Shown here piece by piece: positions 10,217-19,343 of a stretch of DNA of 64,000 bases; within the stretch, counting starts at the first letter, position 1, and the number at the start of each line of letters is the position of its first letter. Under the pieces are notes generated by a model. It was not told where the DNA came from. It did no database searches and saw nothing but the letters and a program-made list of their open reading frames with translations. The DNA is taken from assembly GCA_949294455.1 (NCBI GenBank), contig CASFHD010000002.1, forward strand, positions 150,674-214,673. The letters are read 5' to 3'. The DNA comes from an uncultured Christensenella sp. (lineage in GTDB: Bacteria; Bacillota; Clostridia; Christensenellales; UBA1242). Made by a program: the position numbers and the translations under genes.

Positions 10217-10590
10217 TATTTTATAATTATAGTTCAAAATATAAGTTATAACAAAATAATATATATTTTAAAATTATAGTTGAAAAAAATATAATATAAC
10301 ATATCAAAAATTTAATTTATTGCTTTAATTAAGATTATAAATCTTAAAAATACATAATATATAAAATTATTTAGAGTAAATTTGCTCTTTAAAAAAAATA
10401 ATTTTTATTATTTGATAAGAGTAATAGTTATAAAAGATTATAAATAATTTATTTACTGTAATTTTCATAATTATTTTAAAGTGTTTATTATATTTAGTAT
10501 TTTACATAATTACTAAAAATCTTTTACTTTCAGATATAATTTTAGGTGTTTGTTTTGATTTTGTTATTTGTAATTAAATTATATTTGTTT

Positions 10591-10625
10591 AAATTAGACA
10601 TTATATGTCTAATTTTTATTGTTTT
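10591..10625 (+). terminator. orphan intrinsic-terminator-like hairpin in AT desert
   Basis: Perfect 11-bp stem AAATTAGACAT/ATGTCTAATTT (10591-10601 / 10605-10615), 3-nt loop, followed by a T-rich tract. Lies 375 nt after the nearest upstream stop codon. Confidence 0.4.
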
Positions 10626-10693
10626 GTTTAGAATTCATAGGTATTTAAGTTTTAAAATTATAATTTTCTATTTGTATAAGCTTTTCAAAATGA

Positions 10694-10722
10694 TTGAAAA
10701 AAAATTTATCTTTTGATAGAAT
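10694..10722 (+). promoter_or_regulatory. promoter placing the TSS at the ruvX ATG (TTGAAA-17-TAGAAT-6-ATG)
   Basis: TTGAAA 10694-10699, 17-nt spacer, TAGAAT 10717-10722, then 6 nt to ATG 10729. No SD present. Confidence 0.5.
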
Positions 10723-10728
10723 ATTAGA

Positions 10729-11133
10729 ATGAGAATTGCAGGTATAGATTATGGTGAAAAGAGAATAGGCATAGCATTTTCTGACCTTTTAAAAATGTTA
10801 GCCACACCTTATGGAACTTATGAAGTAAATGGTAGTGTTGATTTTGAGTATTTTAAAAAATTATTTAATGATTATCAGGTTGAATTAATTGTTATAGGAC
10901 TTCCGCTTAATATGAAAGGTGAAGAACAACTAATCGCTACAAAAGTTCGTGATTTTGCAGAAGAATTAAAAAATTATACCAACCTACCTGTCAAATTCTT
11001 AGATGAAAGATTGACTTCTTCCATTGCTGATGATATTTTAAAAAGGTCAACAAAATCTTGGAAAGATAGAAAGAAAAAATTAGATAGTATGTCTGCTTGC
11101 ATTATCTTGCAAGAATATTTAGACAGTTTATAG
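10729..11133 (+). CDS. ruvX: Holliday-junction-resolvase-like nuclease RuvX/YqgF
   Basis: N-terminus MRIAGIDYGEKRIGIAFSD and LIVIGLPLNMKGEE, DERLTS are YqgF family hallmarks. In-frame stop at 10717 prevents extension. Confidence 0.9.
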   Translation: MRIAGIDYGEKRIGIAFSDLLKMLATPYGTYEVNGSVDFEYFKKLFNDYQVELIVIGLPLNMKGEEQLIATKVRDFAEELKNYTNLPVKFLDERLTSSIADDILKRSTKSWKDRKKKLDSMSACIILQEYLDSL

Positions 11134-11141
11134 GAGTGTTT

Positions 11142-11495
11142 ATGGAAAAAAATAATGAAAAAAAATTTGAAAAAAATTCTAAAACAGTTGAAATAAGTCC
11201 AATTGAAAAAATTTTAGATGAAAATAATTTAGAAAATATTATTCTTTACAACGAATCTGGTGAGCCTTTAGCGTTTGAACAAATAGCATTAATTCCCCTT
11301 GACAATGGAAAAGAGGAAGATGATTTATATGCTATTTTGCGTCCGGCTGAAAATTTTGGCGAAATGACAACAGATGACGTTTGGGCATTTTTATTAGATA
11401 TTGAAAATGATAATATTATCCCTGTTCAGGATAAAAATATAGTTGATAGAGTATTTGATGCTTATAATAAACTAGCAGGATATGATGAGGATTAA
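11142..11495 (+). CDS. DUF1292 family protein (YrzB-like)
   Basis: Start moved to ATG 11142 (AGGAG SD). Acidic small protein with L.DE.G.E..FE....I.....YA.L pattern. Sits after ruvX as yrzB does in Bacillus. Confidence 0.7.
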   Translation: MEKNNEKKFEKNSKTVEISPIEKILDENNLENIILYNESGEPLAFEQIALIPLDNGKEEDDLYAILRPAENFGEMTTDDVWAFLLDIENDNIIPVQDKNIVDRVFDAYNKLAGYDED

Positions 11496-11763
11496 GAATT
11501 TTATTTAGTCGAATTAAACATTGAGAAATTATATTTTATTATTAAAAGATTTTGAATGTTTGACTAGTTACAAGTTTAACATATCATTAAGTTTATAAAT
11601 CATCAATGAATTAAGTTGAAAATTTGATTAAGTTATGAAATTTATATTCGTCATTTTTATTTTAATCTTATATCAAATTACTATATGATAAATTAATGAT
11701 AATATATAAATAAACCTGAATTATTATTTGTATAATATAGTTTTAAAATACAAAAGAGGTTTT

Positions 11764-13020
11764 ATGGAATTTTTTATAAATTTATGTTTTATATTTTTCA
11801 CAGGTAGCATTGCTGGCTGGATAATGGAACTTTTTTATAGAAGATGGGCTGGTAAAGTGTGGGTAAATCCCGGTTTTTTAGTTGGCCCTTGTTTGCCTAT
11901 TTACGGCACAGGTTTGGTTTGTCTTTTTTTACTTTCTAAGGTAAAAATCAATTTTGTTAATAATAAGATTTTAGAAGTTATTTTAGTCGGTATTTTAATA
12001 ATGCTTGTTATGACTTTGATTGAGTTTATTGTAGGCTTGATTTTTATAAAAGGATTAAAAGTTAAACTTTGGGATTATTCTAGAAATTGGGGTAATGTTT
12101 TGGGAATCATTTGTCCATTGTTTAGTCTTTGCTGGGGTGTGATTGGTACTTTTTATTATTATATTATTAACCCTTTAATGATAGATTGTTTTAATATCAT
12201 ATCTAATTATCCTTATTATTCGTTTTTTATAGGTATAATATTTGGTATATTTATAATTGATTGTGCTTATTCGTTTAAAATCGCTGATAAAATCAAAAAA
12301 TATGCTAAAGAAAACAAACTTGTTATTGCTTATGAGAAACTAAAAGAATCATTTATTGAATTACAGAAAAATGAAGGAAAGAAAACTAAATTCTTTACTT
12401 TAATAACTACTCAAAAAAATTTGATCAATGCTCTTGAAACTTATTCTAGTATGAAATCAAACAATAATGAACCTAATGTTATTAACAAATTAAAGCTTTC
12501 ATTATTTGTAAATAATTTGCTATTAATTCTTTTGGGAGTTTGGTCTTTGGTCGATGTTAATAGCGTCGAAATTGTAATTGGTATAGTACTAGGTCTAATC
12601 ATAATAACTAGAGGTATAGAAAAAATAATTGAATTTGCATTAAATAGAGTAAACAAATTATTTATATTTAATCTTGTTGAAGGTATCATTTTAATTATTT
12701 TAGGCATATTAGTTATTATTTTAGAAAAATATACTCTTACTGCTTTTACAATTTTATTGCTAATTGTCTGCGTGTCTGAACTTGCTTATTCTTTAAAATT
12801 AGTTATTAGTAAAGCAAAACAAAAAAAGATTTTTATAGGCGAATTTGTTTCGAGTTTAATTTATATTGCTTTAATAGTGCTTTTATCTATGTCTTTTTCA
12901 ATGAATGAGGTTGAACTTTTCTTTGTTTATGGAATAGTACTTATTTTCCAAGGATTAAATTCAATTATATCGGTTGCTTTATTTGAAAATCGCAAATCAA
13001 AAAAAATTAAAAATAATTAA
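11764..13020 (+). CDS. polytopic membrane protein: PF06541-like (putative ABC-transporter type IV) N-half fused to DUF308/HdeD-like C-half
   Basis: Start moved to ATG 11764 (AGAGG SD). N-half FFTGSIAGWIMELFYRR...WDYS. C-half is repeated short TM hairpins (LLLILLGVWSL, GIILIILGILVI, GIVLIFQGLNSI). Confidence 0.55.
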   Translation: MEFFINLCFIFFTGSIAGWIMELFYRRWAGKVWVNPGFLVGPCLPIYGTGLVCLFLLSKVKINFVNNKILEVILVGILIMLVMTLIEFIVGLIFIKGLKVKLWDYSRNWGNVLGIICPLFSLCWGVIGTFYYYIINPLMIDCFNIISNYPYYSFFIGIIFGIFIIDCAYSFKIADKIKKYAKENKLVIAYEKLKESFIELQKNEGKKTKFFTLITTQKNLINALETYSSMKSNNNEPNVINKLKLSLFVNNLLLILLGVWSLVDVNSVEIVIGIVLGLIIITRGIEKIIEFALNRVNKLFIFNLVEGIILIILGILVIILEKYTLTAFTILLLIVCVSELAYSLKLVISKAKQKKIFIGEFVSSLIYIALIVLLSMSFSMNEVELFFVYGIVLIFQGLNSIISVALFENRKSKKIKNN

Positions 13021-13037
13021 AAAATATTAAAAAAGTG

Positions 13038-13066
13038 TTGTTATTTTATTCTTTTTGTGGTAGAAT
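13038..13066 (+). promoter_or_regulatory. extended -10 promoter of the rimP-nusA-infB operon
   Basis: TTGTTA 13038-13043, 17-nt spacer, TGgTAGAAT (TG 13058-13059, TAGAAT 13061-13066). Confidence 0.5.
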
Positions 13067-13080
13067 ACTATTGTTGGGAG

Positions 13081-13103
13081 GGAGTAGGCGAAGAGCCTAC
13101 TCC
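13081..13103 (+). promoter_or_regulatory. GC-rich leader stem-loop of the nusA operon
   Basis: Perfect 9-bp stem GGAGTAGGC/GCCTACTCC with 5-nt loop, about 10 nt after the predicted TSS and 35 nt before the rimP ATG. The only GC-rich element in the region. Confidence 0.5.
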
Positions 13104-13137
13104 TAATTGTTATCTATATTTATTTTGTGAGGTTTTA

Positions 13138-13593
13138 ATGAAAGTTAAAGATTTAGTAACGAATGCTATCGAAAATGCGTTTGATGACGAAACCGTTAAT
13201 CTAGTCGATGTTGACTATGTTAAACAAAATAATGGTTATCATTTAATTGTGTTCATTGATAAACAAGGCGGAGCAGATATTAATGATTGTGAAAGAATTT
13301 CTAAAAAAATTGATCCAATAATTGATGAATTAAATCCGACTAATGATGAGCCATATTTTTTAGATGTTACATCGTATGGACTTGATAAACCTTTGATTAA
13401 AGATTTTCAACTTGATAAATATTTAAACAAAACTGTTGTTGTAAAACTTTATTCTAAATTAAATGGCGTTAAGGAATTCAATGCAACACTTTTAGGTTAT
13501 GATAACAAAAATTATAAACTTAATTTCAATGAACAAGTTTTAGATATTCAAAGAGATAAAGTGGCAATGCTATTGCCTTTTGTAGAGTTTTAA
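13138..13593 (+). CDS. rimP: ribosome maturation factor RimP
   Basis: Start moved to ATG 13138 (GAGGT SD). The upstream part of the track ORF covers the promoter and hairpin. Position upstream of nusA and length (151 aa) are typical. Confidence 0.85.
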   Translation: MKVKDLVTNAIENAFDDETVNLVDVDYVKQNNGYHLIVFIDKQGGADINDCERISKKIDPIIDELNPTNDEPYFLDVTSYGLDKPLIKDFQLDKYLNKTVVVKLYSKLNGVKEFNATLLGYDNKNYKLNFNEQVLDIQRDKVAMLLPFVEF

Positions 13594-13602
13594 GGAGATA
13601 TT

Positions 13603-14724
13603 ATGGTTAATAAAGAATTTTTTAAAGCTTTCCAGGCTTTAATGGAAGAAAAAGGTCTTTCTCAAGAAGTTATAAAATCAACTTTGGAAGCTGCTATGTC
13701 AGGCGCTTATAAAAAAAATTATGGCGAGGCTAAACCTGTAGAAGTTAGATTTATTCCTGAAAAGAATACTATTAAGTTCTATTCGTATAAAACAGTAGTA
13801 GATGATGTCGTTGACCCTGAAAAAGAAATTTCTTTGCCAGAAGCTAAAAAGATTAAAAAAAGTTATAAAGTAGGTGATAGAATTTATAACGAAGAGTCTG
13901 TTAAAGAATTTAATCGTATTGCAGCACAAACTGCTAAACAGATAATTATTCAAAAAATGAAAGAAATTGAAAAAGCTAGTCTTTATTCTGATATAGCAGA
14001 AAAAGAGGGGAAATTAGTTGTTGCTAATGTTAAAAGAATTGACGGCGATAATATTTATCTTGAAATCGGAGGCACTTCACTTGAAGGCTTACTAACTCTT
14101 CGAGATATTATGCCAGAAGACAAATTCCGTCCAGGCGACAAAGTAAAAGTTTTTGTTCGTCAAATAAAAGATGATTTTAGAGGAACTATTGTTCAAGTAA
14201 CTAGAACTAATACAGGCTTTGTAAAGAAATTGTTGGAACTTGAAGTACCAGAACTTTCAAATGGCGATATTTCAATTGTTAATATCGTTAGAGAACCAGG
14301 AGTCAGAACTAAAATTGCTCTTTCCAAAAAAGACAAAAACTTGGACGCTGTGGGTGCGTGTATTGGTAACCGAGGAATGCGTATAAATAATGTTATTGCT
14401 GAATTAAAGGGTGAAAAAATAGACCTTATTAATTACTCTGACAATGCTGAAGAATATATTGCTAGTGCTTTGAGCCCTGCAACCGTTTCATCAGTTGTTG
14501 TAGATTCTGCTAGTATGACTGCTAAAGTATTAGTCCCTGAAAATAAATTGAGTTTAGCTATAGGTAAAAATGGACATAATGTTAGACTCGCCGCAAAGTT
14601 AACAGGTTACAAAATAGATGTAAAGGGCGTAAAAGAGAATGAAAAACAAGAAAATGATGTAACTACAGGAATTAATTTTGTTGTAGATGATTATGATAAT
14701 ATGTTTGATGATATAGAGGATTAA
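13603..14724 (+). CDS. nusA: transcription termination/antitermination factor NusA
   Basis: N-terminal domain, S1 (VVANVKRIDGDNIYLEIGG) and two KH domains (GACIGNRGMRI, LAIGKNGHNVRLA). Confidence 0.95.
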   Translation: MVNKEFFKAFQALMEEKGLSQEVIKSTLEAAMSGAYKKNYGEAKPVEVRFIPEKNTIKFYSYKTVVDDVVDPEKEISLPEAKKIKKSYKVGDRIYNEESVKEFNRIAAQTAKQIIIQKMKEIEKASLYSDIAEKEGKLVVANVKRIDGDNIYLEIGGTSLEGLLTLRDIMPEDKFRPGDKVKVFVRQIKDDFRGTIVQVTRTNTGFVKKLLELEVPELSNGDISIVNIVREPGVRTKIALSKKDKNLDAVGACIGNRGMRINNVIAELKGEKIDLINYSDNAEEYIASALSPATVSSVVVDSASMTAKVLVPENKLSLAIGKNGHNVRLAAKLTGYKIDVKGVKENEKQENDVTTGINFVVDDYDNMFDDIED

Positions 14725-14984
14725 TGATAAAGGTTAGAAGTTGTATAGCGTGCAGACAAAAAAAATATAAAACCGATTTGATTAGATTTGTAAAATCTAA
14801 AGATGGTGTTATTAAGTTGGATAAAAATCAAAAATTATTTGGAAGAAGTGCTTATGTCTGTAATAGTGATGAGTGTATCAATAAACTTGTTGATAAAAAA
14901 TTATTAAACAGGGCTTTTAAGTGTAATATTAGCCCCGAGATATACGAAAATTTAAGAATTAGAGGTGACAAATTTGAAAGATAA
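14724..14984 (+). CDS. ylxR: YlxR/RnpM (DUF448) RNA-binding protein
   Basis: RSCIACRQKK...L.RF motif and GRSAYVC. ATG overlaps the nusA stop (TAATG). Confidence 0.85.
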   Translation: MIKVRSCIACRQKKYKTDLIRFVKSKDGVIKLDKNQKLFGRSAYVCNSDECINKLVDKKLLNRAFKCNISPEIYENLRIRGDKFER

Positions 14985-17475
14985 TAAAAATGTAAGTTTT
15001 GAAAATTTAAAACAGCTTGCTATTCTTTATAATAGTGGAGAAGTGGTGAAAATTACTCAAACTATAAGAAATAGCAAACTAGAAATGGAAACTTATTGTA
15101 GAGATGCAAGAGCGAAGCAAAAAGAAATGCTTCTTATTTCTAGCATTGAAACAAAGCCTAGTGAAGATAATACCTCGAAAACTTTTGAAGAAAAGAAGAC
15201 AGTTGAATCTATAAAACAAACTAACAATGAAAAAACTGTAAATAAACAGACAGATTATAACAAAAATCAATTTGTAAAATCTAAACAGAATAATAATTCT
15301 TCAAACTCTTCAAATTATTCAAATTCAAGAACAAATCAGTATAATCAACAAAATCAAAATAGGCCATTCCAATCACGATTTAATAATCAAAAGGATAAAC
15401 AAAATTATAATTCTAACAATAAATTTTCAAATCAGTTTAATAAAGATAAAAAACAATTAAATTCAAATAAACCTAACTTCTTGGCAAAACCTGTTCAAAA
15501 ACCTAAATTTGAATTGCCAAATGTAGAAATAAAAAGAGAGCAACCAAAGAAAAAGCAAAATGAAAAATATGAAGAAAAGAAATCTACAAATAAGCGAACA
15601 TTGCTAAGAAAAGGGCTAATTGTTGATGAAAGTCTATTTGATGAAGATAGAGATTTTACTAGAAAATATAGACTTAAAAAGAAAGAAGAAAAAAAGGAAG
15701 TTGTTCAAAAGCATATTGGTCCTGCCGTTATTACAAGTGACAATATTACAGTAAAAACCTTGTCTGAAGCAATGGGAAAACCTGTAAGCGAAATTATTAA
15801 AAAGTTTATGTTACTCAATATGATGGTAACAATTAATTCTGTAATTGATTTTGACACTTGTGAACTTATTGCAAACGAAATGGGTGTAGAACTTCAATTA
15901 AAGAAATCAGAAACCGGTGAAGAAAAATTGCATAAAATTGAAGAGCAGATTAAATCATATTCTAAAGAAGAAAGTGTAACAAGAAGTCCTATTGTTACTG
16001 TAATGGGACATGTTGACCACGGAAAAACATCTTTACTAGATTATATTAGAAAAACAAAAGTTACTGAAAAAGAAGCAGGTGGTATTACACAGCATATAGG
16101 TGCTTATAGAGTGAATGTTCAGAATAAAAGTATTACATTTATAGATACTCCTGGACACGAAGCCTTTACTGAGATGCGTGCAAGAGGTGCTCAAGTTACA
16201 GATATTGCTATTTTAGTAGTCGCTGCAGATGATGGCATAATGCCACAAACTATTGAAGCAATTAATCATATCAAAGCGGCAAATTGTCCTATGATTGTTG
16301 CAATCAATAAGATAGATAAACCGCAAGCAAACCCTGAAAGAATTTTAACTCAACTTGCAGAACAGGGGGTATTGCCAGAAGAATGGGGTGGAGATGCTAT
16401 TGTTGTAAAAATTTCCGCTTTGACAGGTGAGGGTATTGATAAACTTTTGGAAACTATTTTGTTAGTTGCTGAAATCTCAGATTTGTCTTGTAACCCTAAT
16501 GTACCTGCTATCGGTAGTATCATCGAAGCGAGACTTGATAAGGGTAAAGGTGCAGTTGCTTCTGTACTTGTCAAAGATGGTACTCTGCACATAGGAGACA
16601 CTATAGTGTCGGGAACTTCTATTTGTAAGGTTAAGGCAATGATGGACGAAAACGGCAAACGATTAAAAGAAGCTGGTCCTTCGTGCCCAGCTCAAGTATT
16701 AGGTTTTGATTCTGTACCTATTTCTGGAGAAACTTTTACTGTAGTCGATGAAAAGCTATCAAAAGAAATTGTTCAAGAAAGAGTCGCAAAACTTAAAAAT
16801 GCTTTGGCTAATACTACAAGCGCAAATTCATTAGAAGATTTAATTGCAAAAACTAGCAGTACTAATGTTAAAGTTTTGAATATTATTTTAAAAGCAGATG
16901 TTACAGGCTCTTTACAGGCAATTATTCAATCTATTGCTAAATTAAATAATGAAGAAATTAAAGTTAATATTTTGCATAGTGGTGTGGGTGCTGTTACTGA
17001 ATCTGATGTAATTTTAGCAGATGCTTCAAATGCCATTATTGTTGCTTTTAATATTAAAACTGATGCAAAAGTTAAATCAAGTGCTGATAAATTGAAGGTT
17101 AAAATTAGTGAATATAATATTATTTATGACTTATTAGATAATATCGAACGAGTAATGAAAGGTATGAAAGAACCTAAATTTGAAGAAGAATATTTAGGGC
17201 GCGCTGAAATTATTATGGTATTCAAACTTTCGTCAAATGGATATGTCGCAGGGTCATCTGTAAAAGATGGTAAAATTGTTAGAAATGCTCATTGCAGAAT
17301 ATTACGAGATGGGAAAGAAATTGTTAAAACTACAATTTCTAGTGTAAAAATTGTCAAAGATGATGTAAAAGAAGCTCTAAAGGGAAGAGAATGTGGCATT
17401 AAATTTCAAAATTTTGATGATTTTAAAGTTGGCGATATAATAGAGTGCTTTAATTTAAAGCAAATTGATTTATAG
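14965..17475 (+). CDS. infB: translation initiation factor IF-2
   Basis: GTP-binding domain VMGHVDHGKTSLLD, DTPGHEAF, NKID. N/Q/K-rich low-complexity N-region. Start uncertain: GTG 14965 (track) or TTG 14974, which has AGAGGTG 6 nt upstream. Confidence 0.95.
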   Translation: MTNLKDNKNVSFENLKQLAILYNSGEVVKITQTIRNSKLEMETYCRDARAKQKEMLLISSIETKPSEDNTSKTFEEKKTVESIKQTNNEKTVNKQTDYNKNQFVKSKQNNNSSNSSNYSNSRTNQYNQQNQNRPFQSRFNNQKDKQNYNSNNKFSNQFNKDKKQLNSNKPNFLAKPVQKPKFELPNVEIKREQPKKKQNEKYEEKKSTNKRTLLRKGLIVDESLFDEDRDFTRKYRLKKKEEKKEVVQKHIGPAVITSDNITVKTLSEAMGKPVSEIIKKFMLLNMMVTINSVIDFDTCELIANEMGVELQLKKSETGEEKLHKIEEQIKSYSKEESVTRSPIVTVMGHVDHGKTSLLDYIRKTKVTEKEAGGITQHIGAYRVNVQNKSITFIDTPGHEAFTEMRARGAQVTDIAILVVAADDGIMPQTIEAINHIKAANCPMIVAINKIDKPQANPERILTQLAEQGVLPEEWGGDAIVVKISALTGEGIDKLLETILLVAEISDLSCNPNVPAIGSIIEARLDKGKGAVASVLVKDGTLHIGDTIVSGTSICKVKAMMDENGKRLKEAGPSCPAQVLGFDSVPISGETFTVVDEKLSKEIVQERVAKLKNALANTTSANSLEDLIAKTSSTNVKVLNIILKADVTGSLQAIIQSIAKLNNEEIKVNILHSGVGAVTESDVILADASNAIIVAFNIKTDAKVKSSADKLKVKISEYNIIYDLLDNIERVMKGMKEPKFEEEYLGRAEIIMVFKLSSNGYVAGSSVKDGKIVRNAHCRILRDGKEIVKTTISSVKIVKDDVKEALKGRECGIKFQNFDDFKVGDIIECFNLKQIDL

Positions 17476-17482
17476 GTGAATT

Positions 17483-17848
17483 ATGAATAATAGGTTAGAT
17501 AGAGTAAATGCTGAAATTAAAAGAGAAGTAAGCATTATTATAAATAACAAATTAAGAGATCCTCAAATCACAGACTTAATAAGTGTTACCGATTGTGAAG
17601 TATCACCAGATTTAAGCAGTTGTAAAGTGTTTATTTCTGCGTTTGGCAATATGGATAAACAAGAATTATTAAATCGTATAAAAGGTGCCGGTGGCTTTAT
17701 TCGAAAGGAATTGGCTCATAGTATTAGACTTAGAGTTACACCAAGACTTGAATTTTTCTTGGATAATTCAATAGATTATGGTAAAAAGATTGATGATATG
17801 TTAAAAAATATTAAATATTCATCTGATGATTTTAAAGATAATAATTAG
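17483..17848 (+). CDS. rbfA: ribosome-binding factor A
   Basis: RVNAEIKREVSIII...DP...ISVT.CEVS.DL..CKVF pattern. Position after infB. Confidence 0.9.
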   Translation: MNNRLDRVNAEIKREVSIIINNKLRDPQITDLISVTDCEVSPDLSSCKVFISAFGNMDKQELLNRIKGAGGFIRKELAHSIRLRVTPRLEFFLDNSIDYGKKIDDMLKNIKYSSDDFKDNN

Positions 17849-17856
17849 GTGGTATT

Positions 17857-18552
17857 ATGGACGGCTTTTTAGTTGTAAATAAAGCAGAAGGTTGGACTTC
17901 AAATGATGTCGTTGTAAAATGTAGAAATTTGTTAAAAGAAAGCAAAGTGGGGCATTTGGGAACACTTGACCCTATGGCTACAGGCGTTTTGGTATTAACT
18001 ATCGGAAAGGCTACAAAAACTTTTGAAAGTTTTAAAAGTAAAGATAAAGAATATATTGCAAGAATAAAATTTGGCATTTTAACTGATAGTTTAGATATAA
18101 CCGGTAAAATAGAAGAAGTCGATAACAAGGCAAGTCAAAAGGTAAATGAACTAGCAATTAGAAGAAATTTAGATAAATTCATAGGTAAAATTTCACAAAT
18201 GCCTCCAAAATTTTCAGCAAAAAAAATAAATGGAAAGAAAGCCTACGACTTGGCAAGAGAAAAGAAACAAGTTGTCTTAGCACCTTGCGAAGTAGAAATA
18301 AAATCGTTTAATCTAATTTCATTTGACCCCACATCTTTAGAAGGAGAGTTTCAAATTGTATGCTCGGGTGGCACTTACATAAGGTCGCTTGCAAGAGACT
18401 TGGGTGAAAGTTTAAATACAGTAGCAACTTTGACAAAACTTGAAAGAACAAGAGTTGGGGACTTTCATATTGATGAAGCGATTGAAAATTCAGAATTAAG
18501 AAAAGAAAATATTGAAAAAATACAAAAATCTATATTGTTTTTAAATTTATAA
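17857..18552 (+). CDS. truB: tRNA pseudouridine(55) synthase TruB (short form without PUA domain)
   Basis: DGFLVVNK..GWTSNDVV, catalytic GHLGTLDPMATGVL, SGGTYIRSLARDLG. Confidence 0.9.
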   Translation: MDGFLVVNKAEGWTSNDVVVKCRNLLKESKVGHLGTLDPMATGVLVLTIGKATKTFESFKSKDKEYIARIKFGILTDSLDITGKIEEVDNKASQKVNELAIRRNLDKFIGKISQMPPKFSAKKINGKKAYDLAREKKQVVLAPCEVEIKSFNLISFDPTSLEGEFQIVCSGGTYIRSLARDLGESLNTVATLTKLERTRVGDFHIDEAIENSELRKENIEKIQKSILFLNL

Positions 18553-18682
18553 ATTATTTACAAATATATTGTTATGTGATATAATAACATTAAGTTTTGA
18601 TGATGATTTTAATGGCCAATTTTAAAAATTAAATTTTCATTATCATATAGATTTTTATTACAAATATTAAAAGGAGAAAATT

Positions 18683-19270
18683 ATGTTAGCGGGAGATATT
18701 AGAAAAGGAGTTATTTTTGACGATGGTAGTAGTACAGACCCTAAAAATCCAAGTTTATACACTGTAGTAGATTTTCAACATGTAAAACCAGGTAAAGGTG
18801 CTGCTTTTGTTAGAACTACTATTAAACACTTAATTACAGGTAAAGTTTTGGAAAGAACTTATAGCCCTACAGATAAAATTAATGAGGTTAAAGATTTAAT
18901 TCAAACTAGAAATAATATGGAATACAGTTATACCGATGGCGACTTGTATTATTTTATGGATCAAGAAACTTGGGAACAAATTCCTTTAAATCACGACCTT
19001 GTTGAAGACTTGTTAAATTTTTGTGCTGAAGGAGATAAGGGTATCACTATTAAATTTTATAATGATATGCCTATTATGGTTGAACCTCCTATGTTTGTTG
19101 AAAGAACTATTGCAGAAGCAGAAATGGCTGTTAGAGGCGATACATCTAAGGCAGGAAGTAAACAAGCAGTATTAGATACAGGATATAAAATTTCAGTACC
19201 ACTTTTCGTAAATACAGGCGATAAAATTAGAATTGATACTCGTACTGGCGAATATATGGAAAGAATTTAA
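18683..19270 (+). CDS. efp: elongation factor P
   Basis: AAGGAG SD. VDFQHVKPGKGAAFVRT loop with the modifiable Lys. An ~8-residue insertion (DDGSSTDPKNPS) in the first hairpin. Confidence 0.95.
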   Translation: MLAGDIRKGVIFDDGSSTDPKNPSLYTVVDFQHVKPGKGAAFVRTTIKHLITGKVLERTYSPTDKINEVKDLIQTRNNMEYSYTDGDLYYFMDQETWEQIPLNHDLVEDLLNFCAEGDKGITIKFYNDMPIMVEPPMFVERTIAEAEMAVRGDTSKAGSKQAVLDTGYKISVPLFVNTGDKIRIDTRTGEYMERI

Positions 19271-19301
19271 TTAATTTTTTATACAAATTTGTAGAAATTA
19301 G

Positions 19302-19330
19302 AAAAGTTAGATTTAAACTAACTTTTTTTT
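19302..19330 (+). terminator. intrinsic terminator after efp
   Basis: 9-bp stem AAAAGTTAG/CTAACTTTT, 7-nt loop, T8 run. Confidence 0.75.
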
Positions 19331-19343
19331 AATACCCTATACT

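Noticed and set aside
13057-13137. N-terminal extensions offered by the ORF track (also 9605, 11097, 11728, 23749, 24310, 24690, 27901, 32626, 36567, 39900, 48400, 60310)
   Set aside because: In each case an internal ATG has a proper SD and reproduces the conserved family N-terminus. The extensions cover promoters, hairpins or the preceding gene.
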